This document shows, piece by piece, positions 25,562 to 34,374 of a DNA stretch of 44,943 nt. The stretch's first letter is position 1; each line of letters begins with the position of its first letter. A program made the position numbers and the translations under genes. The notes under the pieces are model-generated. The model was not told the origin of the DNA. It searched no databases and saw nothing but the letters and a program-made list of their open reading frames with translations. Origin of the DNA: an uncultured Dehalococcoidales bacterium (lineage in GTDB: Bacteria; Chloroflexota; Dehalococcoidia; Dehalococcoidales; JAUYDJ01); NCBI GenBank assembly GCA_964343135.1, contig CAYFGR010000001.1, positions 1 to 44,943 of the forward strand. Direction: 5' to 3'.

Positions 25562-27286
25562 ATGCCTCAATTAGATTTAGTTATTAGTATTACCATCCTG
25601 TTGGGAGCAGCTTTAGCGGGAGGAATGATAGTCCATCGGCTGAGGCAGCCCGTGATATTGGGTTACCTCGTAGTCGGTGTGCTAACGGGTCCTTATGCGC
25701 TTGCCCTGGTGAGTGATTTAGCATTAATTGAGGCTGCGGCAACTATAGGTGTTGCCTTATTGATGTTCACGCTGGGATTGGAAATCTCGGTCAGTCAATT
25801 GCGACAAGTGGGTAAGATAGGTCTGTGGGGTGGCATAGCTCAAATTCTGGCTACCTTTACCTTAGGTTTAGTAGTAGGTAGCATTTTATTTAACTGGTCT
25901 TTACCCCAGTCTGCTTTATTTGGGCTGGTTATCTCCCTCAGTAGTACTATGGTTTGCCTCAAAATATTAATGGAGAGGGGTGAGTTAGACTCGGTGCACG
26001 GGCGGATTATGATTGCTATCCTTATTCTTCAGGACATTAGTGTGGTCCTGATGGTGATAGTAATACCCCTTCTGGGCGGAACGATGGAGAATGTGTTCCT
26101 GGCTCTGGCTATCGCCATTGGGAAAACCGCCCTTTTTATCGGGATAGCCGTTTTCCTGGGGTTGTGGGCACTCCCCTGGTTGATGGGTAGGATTGGTGGT
26201 ATTATGTCCCGGGAGCTATTCCTGCTAACGGTTCTGGTTTTGAGCCTGGGGGCAGCGGCCGGCACTTACACTCTCGGACTTTCAGTGGTCTTTGGCGCCT
26301 TTGTAATTGGGTTGGTGCTTCGCAAATCAAGGTTTGGCCACCAGGCTTTGGCAGAGATTACTCCACTGCGAGATATTTTTGCTACCTTGTTCTTTATCTC
26401 TTTGGGCATGCTGTTAAACCCAAGGTTTGTACTTGAGCAGTGGGGGTTAATAGCCGTGACTGTAGCTATTATTATCTTCATAAAATTCCTGGTTGTTTTT
26501 GGTATTGTTCGATTCTTTAGACATAGCGGAAGGATAGCCGTCTTAACTGGCACCGGTCTTTTCCAAATCGGGGAGTTTAGTTTTGTTCTGGCCCAATCCG
26601 GAATCAAAACGGACATCATCTCTGACCAGTTTTATTCCATAATTCTTGCCAGCGCTATTATCACCATGATATTGACACCACTAGCTATGAGTTTAGTTTC
26701 CTGGTTGTATCCTAAACTAACGAAGATGCCAGCAGGCGGAGTACTGGAAGGCGAAACCACGTTAGCTTTGTCTGATTTCGACTCATCTGAGGCGGTGAGT
26801 CCAGTAGCGATTGCGGGCTACGGGAGAGTCGGGCAAAATATCGCTCATGGTTTGCGGGATATCGGAATACCTTATACCGTTATTGAGACTGATCCGGAGC
26901 GTATTATTGAGATGCGGTGTGATGCTATAGCCTGTATTTATGGAGATGCCAGCAATATTCATATCCTTTCTCATGTAGACTTAAATAAAGTTAAGATATT
27001 AGTGATAACATTTCCTGACCCATTAGCGGTGATGACCACAGTAAAGACTGCCTTGAGGCTTAACCCCAAGCTTAAAATTGTGGCACGGGTTCACCGGGGT
27101 AGAGAAGCTGAGTTGCTTAAAGGTTTGGGAGTCGTGGAGCTGGTAAGTCCGGAGTATGAAGCCAGTCTTGAATTTCTGGGAAGGATTATGTCGGTCTCCG
27201 GCCGGAAAGGAATTGAGGTCAAGCGAATTTTAGCTAGATTGCGGCAAGACCGGAAAATTGCCGAATTTAGCTCTGATGATGAATAG
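25562..27286 (+). CDS. CPA2-family monovalent cation:proton antiporter with C-terminal RCK/TrkA-N domain (Kef-like)
   Basis: The track ORF starts at 25490. ATG 25562 (MPQLDLVISITILLGAALAGG...) matches the usual family N-terminus. About 12 TM segments, then IAGYGRVGQNIA Rossmann motif. Confidence 0.85.
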   Translation: MPQLDLVISITILLGAALAGGMIVHRLRQPVILGYLVVGVLTGPYALALVSDLALIEAAATIGVALLMFTLGLEISVSQLRQVGKIGLWGGIAQILATFTLGLVVGSILFNWSLPQSALFGLVISLSSTMVCLKILMERGELDSVHGRIMIAILILQDISVVLMVIVIPLLGGTMENVFLALAIAIGKTALFIGIAVFLGLWALPWLMGRIGGIMSRELFLLTVLVLSLGAAAGTYTLGLSVVFGAFVIGLVLRKSRFGHQALAEITPLRDIFATLFFISLGMLLNPRFVLEQWGLIAVTVAIIIFIKFLVVFGIVRFFRHSGRIAVLTGTGLFQIGEFSFVLAQSGIKTDIISDQFYSIILASAIITMILTPLAMSLVSWLYPKLTKMPAGGVLEGETTLALSDFDSSEAVSPVAIAGYGRVGQNIAHGLRDIGIPYTVIETDPERIIEMRCDAIACIYGDASNIHILSHVDLNKVKILVITFPDPLAVMTTVKTALRLNPKLKIVARVHRGREAELLKGLGVVELVSPEYEASLEFLGRIMSVSGRKGIEVKRILARLRQDRKIAEFSSDDE

Positions 27287-27311
27287 CTGAGATGACTTAA
27301 GGGGGTTTCTG

Positions 27312-28352
27312 GTGAGTAAAACAAGGGTGGGTATTATCAATGTTACTGGTTATGCCGGTGTTGAGCTGGCACGGCTGCTGTTTAGTCATCCGAGAGTAGA
27401 ACTTACCTCGGTTACCGGCCGGAGTGCCGCCGGGCAGAAACTGAGTGCGGTTTTCCCTCATCTGTCTGGCATCGATTTGCCTATTGAAGTCGAGTTGGGG
27501 GAGGTTGATTTGGCTTTTTCGGCAATGCCTCATAAGGACAGTGCTGAGGTAGTTGTGCCGTTGTTGGCTAAGGGTATTAAGGTGGTGGATATCAGCGCCG
27601 ACTTCCGGCTGAAAAAATCGGGAGAATATGAGCAGTGGTATGGTTTTACTCACCCCGCCCCTCACCTCCTGGAACAGGCAGTTTACGGGTTACCGGAGTT
27701 ACACCGGAGCCGGGCCGTCGGCGCCAGTCTGGTGGCTAATCCCGGGTGCTATCCTACGGGAGCTATTCTGGCTCTGGCGCCGGCGGTTAGGGCCGGTCTT
27801 GTTGAACCCAATATTATTATTGACAGTAAGTCCGGGGTGTCTGGGGCGGGTAGGGCGCTCAGTTTAAAAACCCGCTACTCCGAAGTTAATGAGGATGTGT
27901 CTGCCTATGCGCTGGAGGGGCACCGTCATTTGCCTGAGATAGTTCAGGAGCTGGAGCAACTCTCTAAGGGACAATCGTTCTCGGTGACCTTTGTGCCTCA
28001 CCTGATACCAATGACGCGGGGAATACTGACCACGGGCTATGCTCGGCTGGTTTCCGGTAAGATAGCGGGGGGTAAGGAAGAACTGGCGGCATTGAAGCAG
28101 TTATACCGGGACTTCTACCAGGAGAAGCCCTTTGTCCGGATTACGGATTCTCCACCCCATACCAAGTATATCTGGGGTAGCAACCAGTGTCACATCCACC
28201 CCACCATTGACCGGCGCACCGGACAGCTTATTGTGATAAGTTGTATTGACAACCTGGTCAAAGGGGCAGCGGGACAGGCGATTCAGAATATGAACCTCAT
28301 GCTCGGTCTGCCGGAAACGGCGGGACTTGAGGCGCCGGCAGTTTACCCGTAA
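27312..28352 (+). CDS. argC: N-acetyl-gamma-glutamyl-phosphate reductase
   Basis: 346-aa ORF, VGIINVTGYAGVELARLL...ANPGCYPTG (active-site Cys)...DNLVKGAAGQAIQNMN. GTG start with AAGGGGG RBS. Confidence 0.93.
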   Translation: MSKTRVGIINVTGYAGVELARLLFSHPRVELTSVTGRSAAGQKLSAVFPHLSGIDLPIEVELGEVDLAFSAMPHKDSAEVVVPLLAKGIKVVDISADFRLKKSGEYEQWYGFTHPAPHLLEQAVYGLPELHRSRAVGASLVANPGCYPTGAILALAPAVRAGLVEPNIIIDSKSGVSGAGRALSLKTRYSEVNEDVSAYALEGHRHLPEIVQELEQLSKGQSFSVTFVPHLIPMTRGILTTGYARLVSGKIAGGKEELAALKQLYRDFYQEKPFVRITDSPPHTKYIWGSNQCHIHPTIDRRTGQLIVISCIDNLVKGAAGQAIQNMNLMLGLPETAGLEAPAVYP

Positions 28353-28417
28353 AATTCAGGGCCTCTCCAGTTTAATCACCTCAGGTAGAAGGTGAATCAG
28401 GCGTGTGACGGAAAGGT

Positions 28418-29437
28418 TCAGGCGGTGAAGGGGCAACAGGGGTCTGTCTCCAGTGTATCTCCCGAGAGAGTCATGGTGCGGGCCAAGCATCCACAGCATG
28501 ATTCGAACTGATGACACTGCCCGCAGGCCCCTTTCCTTACCCTCTGGTCAGACCAATTAGTAAGTATCTCACTTTGTCGCATCCTCAGCCATATATCCTC
28601 CAGTGACTCTTTGGCCGCATTCCCAAAAGTTAATTCTTCAGCGGAGAACATGCAGGGCCGGACACTGCCATCGGTCTGAATATATAGTGAGTAGGAAGCG
28701 GCACATCCTTCCACCTCTGGTATGGTAATCCCACTATCGACATTGCTGATGGAGAGGCCGTGCTTAGAGGAGAGGTTCCACAGGAATGGCTCGTCGTAGA
28801 AAATATCCAGGTTGCTTCCGCAGCTATATATTTCCTTTACTGCGGCCTCCTGTTCCTTTGGGGTCAGCGCATATTGCTGGTAATACCTGCGGGAGGCCTC
28901 ATCCTTCCCAAAAGGTTTCAACGGCAGGAAGATAATCCTCTTCCCGCCCAGGCTCTCGGTTAACTGGATAAGCTCTCTAACTTGTTCCAGGTTAAGCTTG
29001 GAGAGGACCGTAGTCAGGCCGTGGAAAATCCCCAGAGCGGCACACTGCGCTGCCCATTCCTTGGCGAGCTCAAAATTGGCTCCTCTCTTGGTGTATTCAT
29101 AGACAGCGGCATCAGCTCCGTCAATACTAAAGAGAACCTTGGGCGAGAAGGAAGCCAATTTCTGCAATCTATCCTGGCTGAAGGCGTTGCCATTGGTTAT
29201 TATAAAGATATTAATCCCCGCTTGCTCGAACATTTCTCCTATCTGGTACAGGTCATCACGCAGCAAGGGTTCGCCCCCCTCCAATATTACCCACTGTGGT
29301 GACAGTCCAACAATATCCCTGGCTATCTTTCTGGCTTCATCATGGCTTAGCTTACCGTTCTCCATACCAACACAATGCCGGCAATTTAGATTGCAGGCGT
29401 TGGTAATCGCCCAGTCTACGTATATTGGGCCAGTCAT
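28418..29437 (-). CDS. Radical SAM enzyme with C-terminal SPASM domain, unknown substrate
   Basis: The track ORF is 28418..29452 (TTG). I prefer ATG 29437, which forms an ATGA overlap with the upstream gene stop and is preceded by GGAGGG with a 7-nt spacer. Has Cx3Cx2C NACNLNCRHC and a SPASM-type tail RPCMF...GNAAKESLEDIW...CGQCHQFESCCGC...DPCCP. Confidence 0.85.
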   Translation of the reverse strand: MTGPIYVDWAITNACNLNCRHCVGMENGKLSHDEARKIARDIVGLSPQWVILEGGEPLLRDDLYQIGEMFEQAGINIFIITNGNAFSQDRLQKLASFSPKVLFSIDGADAAVYEYTKRGANFELAKEWAAQCAALGIFHGLTTVLSKLNLEQVRELIQLTESLGGKRIIFLPLKPFGKDEASRRYYQQYALTPKEQEAAVKEIYSCGSNLDIFYDEPFLWNLSSKHGLSISNVDSGITIPEVEGCAASYSLYIQTDGSVRPCMFSAEELTFGNAAKESLEDIWLRMRQSEILTNWSDQRVRKGACGQCHQFESCCGCLARTMTLSGDTLETDPCCPFTA

Positions 29438-30477
29438 ATTCTCGCCCTCCAATAAACATGATCAGTAACCGACCCTTCAGCCTTGTCTATCATCATATGC
29501 TTTACCAGTGGCTCATAGCACCCCCCACATATCCCGTTACCTACAATAGCATAGCCTTGAGCCGCTGCCTTGCTCCGGTTTGAGAGCACAGGTAATAGGC
29601 TTACGGTATAGCCTAGTTTCTCTAAACAAACCTTCACCGGATTGTATATGTTTTTATATTTGGTCAATCGCCCTGAGAGGTAGATTTCGCGGTTCTCTAA
29701 TAGAGACCGTTGGCTGCACACTGCAAATAGGATGCCTTCAACGAAGGCGTTAAATGCTTCGGGGTACGATTGTTTAGTGAAGCCTTCTATAGGCAGGTTC
29801 TCTGAGTCAGTTAGGTAGCTGGTGCCTCCCTGAAAGAGTAGACTCTTCTCAAAATCTCTTAGAAGGTAAGCAATTTCGCCATCCATAGCTCCGGAATTCA
29901 TAAAGCTGGGACCAGGGAAGAGAGTGCCGCCGATGCCGTTTATTATCCTGCCTCTCTCTATGGTAAGGGTACAATTATATCCCCCACCGAGTTCAACAAC
30001 AATATGCTCAACCTCAGAATAAGTCACCCCCTTTTTTTGAGAGACCATTTCCACAGAGAGGGCACCTATGCACAGCTTATCTGCCGTACCCATATCTATT
30101 TTATTAAATTTTCGCCATCGGGGAACGGTGGGAAGGTGAATCACTCCCGGAAGGAAAAGAGTCTCCAGCTCGGTTTCTTTGATTATAGCGAAGAATTTCT
30201 TCATCCCGTCAAGAACCGCTACCCTCTCCCCTTCCCGAACTAGCGTCAGCTCGAACATTTCCCTCTCGCTGATTTCGTTTAACCTCCGGTTGGGAAGCCC
30301 GTAACCTGAGGGAGCTATTATAACATCAGGCTTCAGGCTTTGGCATTTCTCAGCCATATCTTCGGGTCTCTCGGCTACCATACCTGACGGTATACTCTCT
30401 TCGAATTTGATATCCCTGTTATCAAGGAGACAAAGATCGAAGGAGATAGTTCCTGGGTCAATGCCTAAAATTCGCAT
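29434..30477 (-). CDS. ASKHA-fold (actin/sugar-kinase-like) ATPase-like protein resembling the archaeal DUF1464 family
   Basis: 347-aa ORF. MRILGIDPGTISFD (phosphate-1-like) and VVELGGGYN (phosphate-2/adenosine-like) motifs. AAAGAGG RBS. The DUF1464 assignment is from memory of that family and is not verified. Confidence 0.55.
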   Translation of the reverse strand: MRILGIDPGTISFDLCLLDNRDIKFEESIPSGMVAERPEDMAEKCQSLKPDVIIAPSGYGLPNRRLNEISEREMFELTLVREGERVAVLDGMKKFFAIIKETELETLFLPGVIHLPTVPRWRKFNKIDMGTADKLCIGALSVEMVSQKKGVTYSEVEHIVVELGGGYNCTLTIERGRIINGIGGTLFPGPSFMNSGAMDGEIAYLLRDFEKSLLFQGGTSYLTDSENLPIEGFTKQSYPEAFNAFVEGILFAVCSQRSLLENREIYLSGRLTKYKNIYNPVKVCLEKLGYTVSLLPVLSNRSKAAAQGYAIVGNGICGGCYEPLVKHMMIDKAEGSVTDHVYWRARI

Positions 30478-30487
30478 AATAACCTCT

Positions 30488-30802
30488 TTATTTCGGTTTT
30501 AGCGGGCAGACCGGGTCTGACGCGAACCAGTCTTTAGTAAGGACAAAGATTCGGGAGCGGCACCCCGCGCAGTCATCTGCATGCGGACAACTCTTGCAAT
30601 ATCCGGTCCGGTATTTAGGGTCTTTAACCTGGTGAAAGACGGGAGAGGTAAGCATATTCTGCCACAGTTCTCCCAGAGTTTTCTCGTTGACGTTACCCAG
30701 AACCAGGGGGGTAAAATTGCCTGGTTTCACCTCGCCGCTGGGTTCGATGAAAAATGGATAATGGTTATCGCGCATATGGAAAATCTCTGGTTGTTCGGTC
30801 AC
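30488..30802 (-). CDS. Stand-alone SPASM/twitch-like Cys-rich mini-protein (no radical-SAM core); possibly a gene remnant
   Basis: 104-aa ORF, ...FIEPSGEVKPGNFTPLVLGNVNEKTLGELW...GYCKSCPHADDCAGCRSRI...DPVCP. This matches only the C-terminal auxiliary-cluster half of SPASM enzymes. Start is GTG 30802 or ATG 30775, neither with a convincing RBS. It ends 10 nt before the DUF1464-like start. Confidence 0.5.
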   Translation of the reverse strand: MTEQPEIFHMRDNHYPFFIEPSGEVKPGNFTPLVLGNVNEKTLGELWQNMLTSPVFHQVKDPKYRTGYCKSCPHADDCAGCRSRIFVLTKDWFASDPVCPLKPK

Positions 30803-30918
30803 ATGCTGCTAACTGCAGACTAAGAGAAAGTATACCGAATGTCGGGTTTAAAATCAAATCCGCAGTAAGGATTCCAGAGGTTGTCGGGCAGCGACTGCCT
30901 CTGCTATGCTGGGTTGAG

Positions 30919-32208
30919 ATGAAAGCGGCGACAGGTAATACCGGCACCGACATTTGGGCTGGCGGACGTAATACTGCCGGCTATATCAAGATTGCGGTCT
31001 ATGGCTTTGCGTTGTCGGCGCTATGGAGCGGCTTGCACAGCATTATTCTGCCGTTGCGACTGCTAGACTTTGTTGTCGAATTGGAAAAGAATACCTATCT
31101 TGGTCTGCTCACATTTGCCGGACTGGTGCTGGCAATGGCCGTTCAGCCGGTGGCGGGAGCAATAAGTGACCGCTCCGGTTTTCGGTGGGGGCGGCGACGA
31201 CCCTACATCTTAATCGGTACTATCATTGCTCTTCTATTTGTGCCCGGTATCGGGCTGGCGCAAGGTTTTCTGGCTATTTTGCTCATATACTGTCTGTTGC
31301 AGATTAGCACCAACCTGGCGCAGGGTTCCTACCAGGCTTTTATCCCGGACATTGTCCCGGAGGGTAAGCGGGGGCGCGCCTCTGGTGTGAAGAGCCTGCT
31401 GGAAATACTGGGGGGGGTTACCATGTTATATCCCCTAGCCTTCTTTATGGGCCACTACTCCGCTGAGCAGGGAATATCCTGGCTGTGGTTGGCTCTAGGT
31501 GTGCTGGCGGCAGTCATGCTGAGTGCGTTGATAATCACACTCCTTATGGTTAAGGAGGGTCCTGGAATCGATTCTCAATTACCCTTGCTGCCTGCCCTGT
31601 ATAAATGTTTTAAAATTGATGTCAGGGCAAACCGTGATTTTGGCTGGTTCTTGATATCCCGTGTGCTTATTCTGATGGCATTTACTACCTTACAGACCTT
31701 CGCCCTATATTTTCTCCGTGATGTGGTTGGGGTGGCTAATCCCGCCTTGGCTACCGCCCGGTTTTCCATTGTGGCGGTGCTGTGTATGTTAGCCGTGGTC
31801 TATCCTGCGGGGCGTCTTTCTGACCGGGTGGGACGCCGCTCGATTGCGGTTAGTTCGGCTCTCCTTGGGGCGGTGGGGATTGCGTTAATCTTCCTGTTTC
31901 GGTATGACTACCTCATTATTATGTTTGGTGGTGGACTGGTGGGGCTTTCATTTGGCGCGTTTATGAGTACGAACTGGGCGCTGGCGACGGATTTAGTTGT
32001 CAGGGGGGAGGAAGCGCGCTATCTTGGACTGACCAATCTGGCTACGGCGGGCGGCGCTGCGCTGGCTCGTCTCATCGGTCCGGTGATTGATTTCTTTAAC
32101 GGATATGGGTCAGGGTTGGGGTATCTGGTAATGCTGATGGCCTGTTTTATTTACCTGTTGACGGGGGCGGCGCTGTTAGTGAAAATCAGGGGACGTCAAC
32201 CGAAATAG
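30919..32208 (+). CDS. MFS-type transporter
   Basis: The track ORF starts at 30754, overlapping the divergent gene. ATG 30919 (MKAATGNTG...) precedes the first TM helix. About 12 hydrophobic segments and an SDRSGFRWGRRRP loop-2/3 motif. Confidence 0.75.
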   Translation: MKAATGNTGTDIWAGGRNTAGYIKIAVYGFALSALWSGLHSIILPLRLLDFVVELEKNTYLGLLTFAGLVLAMAVQPVAGAISDRSGFRWGRRRPYILIGTIIALLFVPGIGLAQGFLAILLIYCLLQISTNLAQGSYQAFIPDIVPEGKRGRASGVKSLLEILGGVTMLYPLAFFMGHYSAEQGISWLWLALGVLAAVMLSALIITLLMVKEGPGIDSQLPLLPALYKCFKIDVRANRDFGWFLISRVLILMAFTTLQTFALYFLRDVVGVANPALATARFSIVAVLCMLAVVYPAGRLSDRVGRRSIAVSSALLGAVGIALIFLFRYDYLIIMFGGGLVGLSFGAFMSTNWALATDLVVRGEEARYLGLTNLATAGGAALARLIGPVIDFFNGYGSGLGYLVMLMACFIYLLTGAALLVKIRGRQPK

Positions 32209-32774
32209 GGTAATAATGTCTGCCATCCCAGGGTGGCGCCCAGTATTATGGCCACGTATAAAATCACTCTGCCCATGGCGCATAGCAGTATAAATTTCCA
32301 AATCGGGAAACGAAGCGTACCGGCGGCAATACCAACTAAATCGAATAAAAGCGGCACTACTGATATCAGAAAAATAGTAATCGCCCCCCATTTATTTAAC
32401 CACCCCTCCATCCGGGCGTAGCTTTTGTGTCCAAGAACGATTGTCCGGCCACTGCGGCCGGCAAGGTAACCGGTTATTTCTCCGATTGCCGCGCCAATCC
32501 CGCCCACCACACCGAGGATAATGGGGCCGGCGGGTCCCGTCGTTGCGTAAAGGACAATACCCATATTGGTCAGTATAACCAAGACGACGGAGGGTAGAAT
32601 AATCGTGGCATTCCCAAGAAAACTGACGAGGAAAGCCCCCCCGTAGGCATAGTTTTTGAATTCGGCGAGCCTTTCCGGATGGCGTCCATAGGTAAAGTAG
32701 ATACCGGCGGTAATGGCTACTACCAATAGTAGAGTCAGTAAAGGGATTACTCTAATGTGCAGTTGTTTTTTCAT
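32196..32774 (-). CDS. DedA/YqaA-type (VTT domain) membrane protein
   Basis: 192-aa ORF, strongly hydrophobic. FLVSFLGNATIILP and GAAIGEITGYLAGRSG blocks resemble YqaA/DedA proteins. Convergent 13-nt overlap with the MFS gene end. Confidence 0.65.
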   Translation of the reverse strand: MKKQLHIRVIPLLTLLLVVAITAGIYFTYGRHPERLAEFKNYAYGGAFLVSFLGNATIILPSVVLVILTNMGIVLYATTGPAGPIILGVVGGIGAAIGEITGYLAGRSGRTIVLGHKSYARMEGWLNKWGAITIFLISVVPLLFDLVGIAAGTLRFPIWKFILLCAMGRVILYVAIILGATLGWQTLLPYFG

Positions 32775-32863
32775 TTAGTTATCGGCGGCCGTGATTGACG
32801 GATTATTTTTTCGAGCCATTAGTATTGTAGCACAGTTTTGAGGTTGGGGGATTTGAGGGTAAT

Positions 32864-32892
32864 TTGAACACCGACTAAATCTTTGATATACT
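32864..32892 (+). promoter_or_regulatory. Promoter candidate for tRNA-Glu: TTGAAC-17-TATACT
   Basis: TTGAACaccgactaaatctttgaTATACT. The -10 ends 10 nt before the first tRNA base. Confidence 0.55.
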
Positions 32893-32902
32893 TTCCTAGC
32901 GT

Positions 32903-32975
32903 GCCCCCATCGTCTAGAGGCCTAGGACAGCAGCCTTTCAAGCTGCCGACAGCGATTCGAATTCGCTTGGGGGCG
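32903..32975 (+). tRNA. tRNA-Glu(UUC): tRNA-Glu (anticodon UUC), CCA not encoded
   Basis: GCCCCCA/TGGGGGC acceptor stem, GTCTAGAGGCCTAGGAC D-arm typical of tRNA-Glu, anticodon stem GCAGC/GCTGC with loop CTTTCAA, and T-arm AGCGA-TTCGAAT-TCGCT. Near-identical in layout to E. coli tRNA-Glu. Confidence 0.92.
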
Positions 32976-33069
32976 CTTTCCTTTTTTTGATGGCATGTTT
33001 AGTTATGCTGTCCAGCGCTTAGTGGTAGAAGCTGAGGTAACAGTATGTCAGCCTCTGAAGCGGGCTGTC

Positions 33070-34173
33070 CTACTTTACCTTAAGAAGGTAAGCGAAAAGC
33101 CCCCCAAGTGCTGTAAAGAAGGCCATTGTGTAAAAGACCAATGCCTCGCTGTGGGTGATGTCCAGCACTAAGCCTACGAGGAGCGGTCCGAGGACAATAC
33201 CTAAGTTCAATGCTGTATTAAGTACTCCAAAGCCCAACCCGGCATTCTCAGGCCCTACCAATTCCGGGGGAAGGGCAAAGATACAGGGTGGGGTCAGGGC
33301 GGAAAAAAGGCCCAGCACTACAAGTAGCAGTACTGTGGGTGCGTTACCGATACCGGGCAGTAATGCCAGGCAGACCGTCATACCCACTGTAGAAAGTATG
33401 ATGAGCGGACGACGCCGGTCTAATTTTCCCGATAAGTAGCCTGCCAGTGGTGTAGTGAAAGCCAGCAGCATTATTAAACCGGACAGAAAATCCGCATAGA
33501 CCGGTGAGAACCCCTTAAAATCCATAAAGAGCGTCTTCCCCCAGGTAGTCAGGGAAAGTACTGCCACGTTAAAACTGCCCCAGCTGAAGGCCATGAGCCA
33601 TATTGGGACTGTTTTCAGGGTAGCCAGGGAAAAAGTAGCACGAGCCACTTTTTTCTCTTCTGTAAATATTATGAAGATGAGCAGTACTACTGCGGTAAGG
33701 ACGGTGGCTATCCAGAAACCGGCCCGCCAGTCGTAAACTATTTCTACCCGGCCGAGGAGATTAAAGGAGAGCACGGTAGCCAGCGGCATGTTGATCGCCC
33801 ATATGCCTATGGCCAGACCCAACTCTTTACCGCTGAACCATTGGAAGAGTAAAGGAGGTGCGGCCGACAGGATAAGGGCGCCGCCGACTCCGGCGATGGC
33901 ACGGCCACTCTGGAGTAAAGCAAACGACGGCGACACTGCGGTGATGAGAGTCCCCAGGCAGATAAGCCCAAGCCCTATTATGCTCAGCCTTTTATTGCCA
34001 TATCTGTCTGCCAGGAACCCGCCCGGTATTGATAAAACCATTGCGGGCAGGGCAACAAAGAGCATTAACCCCGCAACCGCGGTATGGCTTAAGTTGAAGT
34101 CTTTAATGATGGCAGGGATCAACGGAGGCGCGGCTTGCATGGAAAACAGGAAGGTAAAGGCAGCCAGGAACAC
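33070..34173 (-). CDS. MFS-type transporter (N-terminus uncertain)
   Basis: 367-aa ORF from GTG 34173, about 11-12 TM segments, LADRYGNKR motif. The frame stays open 14 codons further up (IQTSSNKRWLILTT) to an ATT at 34215 that follows AAAGGAGA. The true start may therefore be non-canonical. Confidence 0.75.
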   Translation of the reverse strand: MFLAAFTFLFSMQAAPPLIPAIIKDFNLSHTAVAGLMLFVALPAMVLSIPGGFLADRYGNKRLSIIGLGLICLGTLITAVSPSFALLQSGRAIAGVGGALILSAAPPLLFQWFSGKELGLAIGIWAINMPLATVLSFNLLGRVEIVYDWRAGFWIATVLTAVVLLIFIIFTEEKKVARATFSLATLKTVPIWLMAFSWGSFNVAVLSLTTWGKTLFMDFKGFSPVYADFLSGLIMLLAFTTPLAGYLSGKLDRRRPLIILSTVGMTVCLALLPGIGNAPTVLLLVVLGLFSALTPPCIFALPPELVGPENAGLGFGVLNTALNLGIVLGPLLVGLVLDITHSEALVFYTMAFFTALGGLFAYLLKVK

Positions 34174-34265
34174 CGTCGTTAGTATCAGCCAGCGTTTGTT
34201 TGATGAAGTCTGAATACCGCTCCGTCTCCTTTAAGATACCTTTTGATTTAGGGCCAAGCCTCATA

Positions 34266-34295
34266 ATTATAGTGCAACCGGCTATTAAAATTAAA
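34266..34295 (-). promoter_or_regulatory. Promoter candidate for the 33070..34173 MFS gene: TTTAAT-18-TATAAT
   Basis: The minus strand reads TTTAATtttaatagccggttgcacTATAAT, about 50 nt upstream of the candidate ATT start (34215). Confidence 0.35.
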
Positions 34296-34374
34296 GGGTG
34301 CCCGTTTGAGTGGATCCAGATACCACAAGTATTCGGGCGTATTTAAATCCGACCGCTGGTTTTTTTATTCCGTA

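Noticed and set aside
32776-33069. tRNA-Glu as a possible genomic-island integration site.
   Set aside because: There is no integrase or recombinase, no direct repeat of the tRNA 3' end, and no phage or mobile genes on either side. The neighbours are ordinary membrane transporters.
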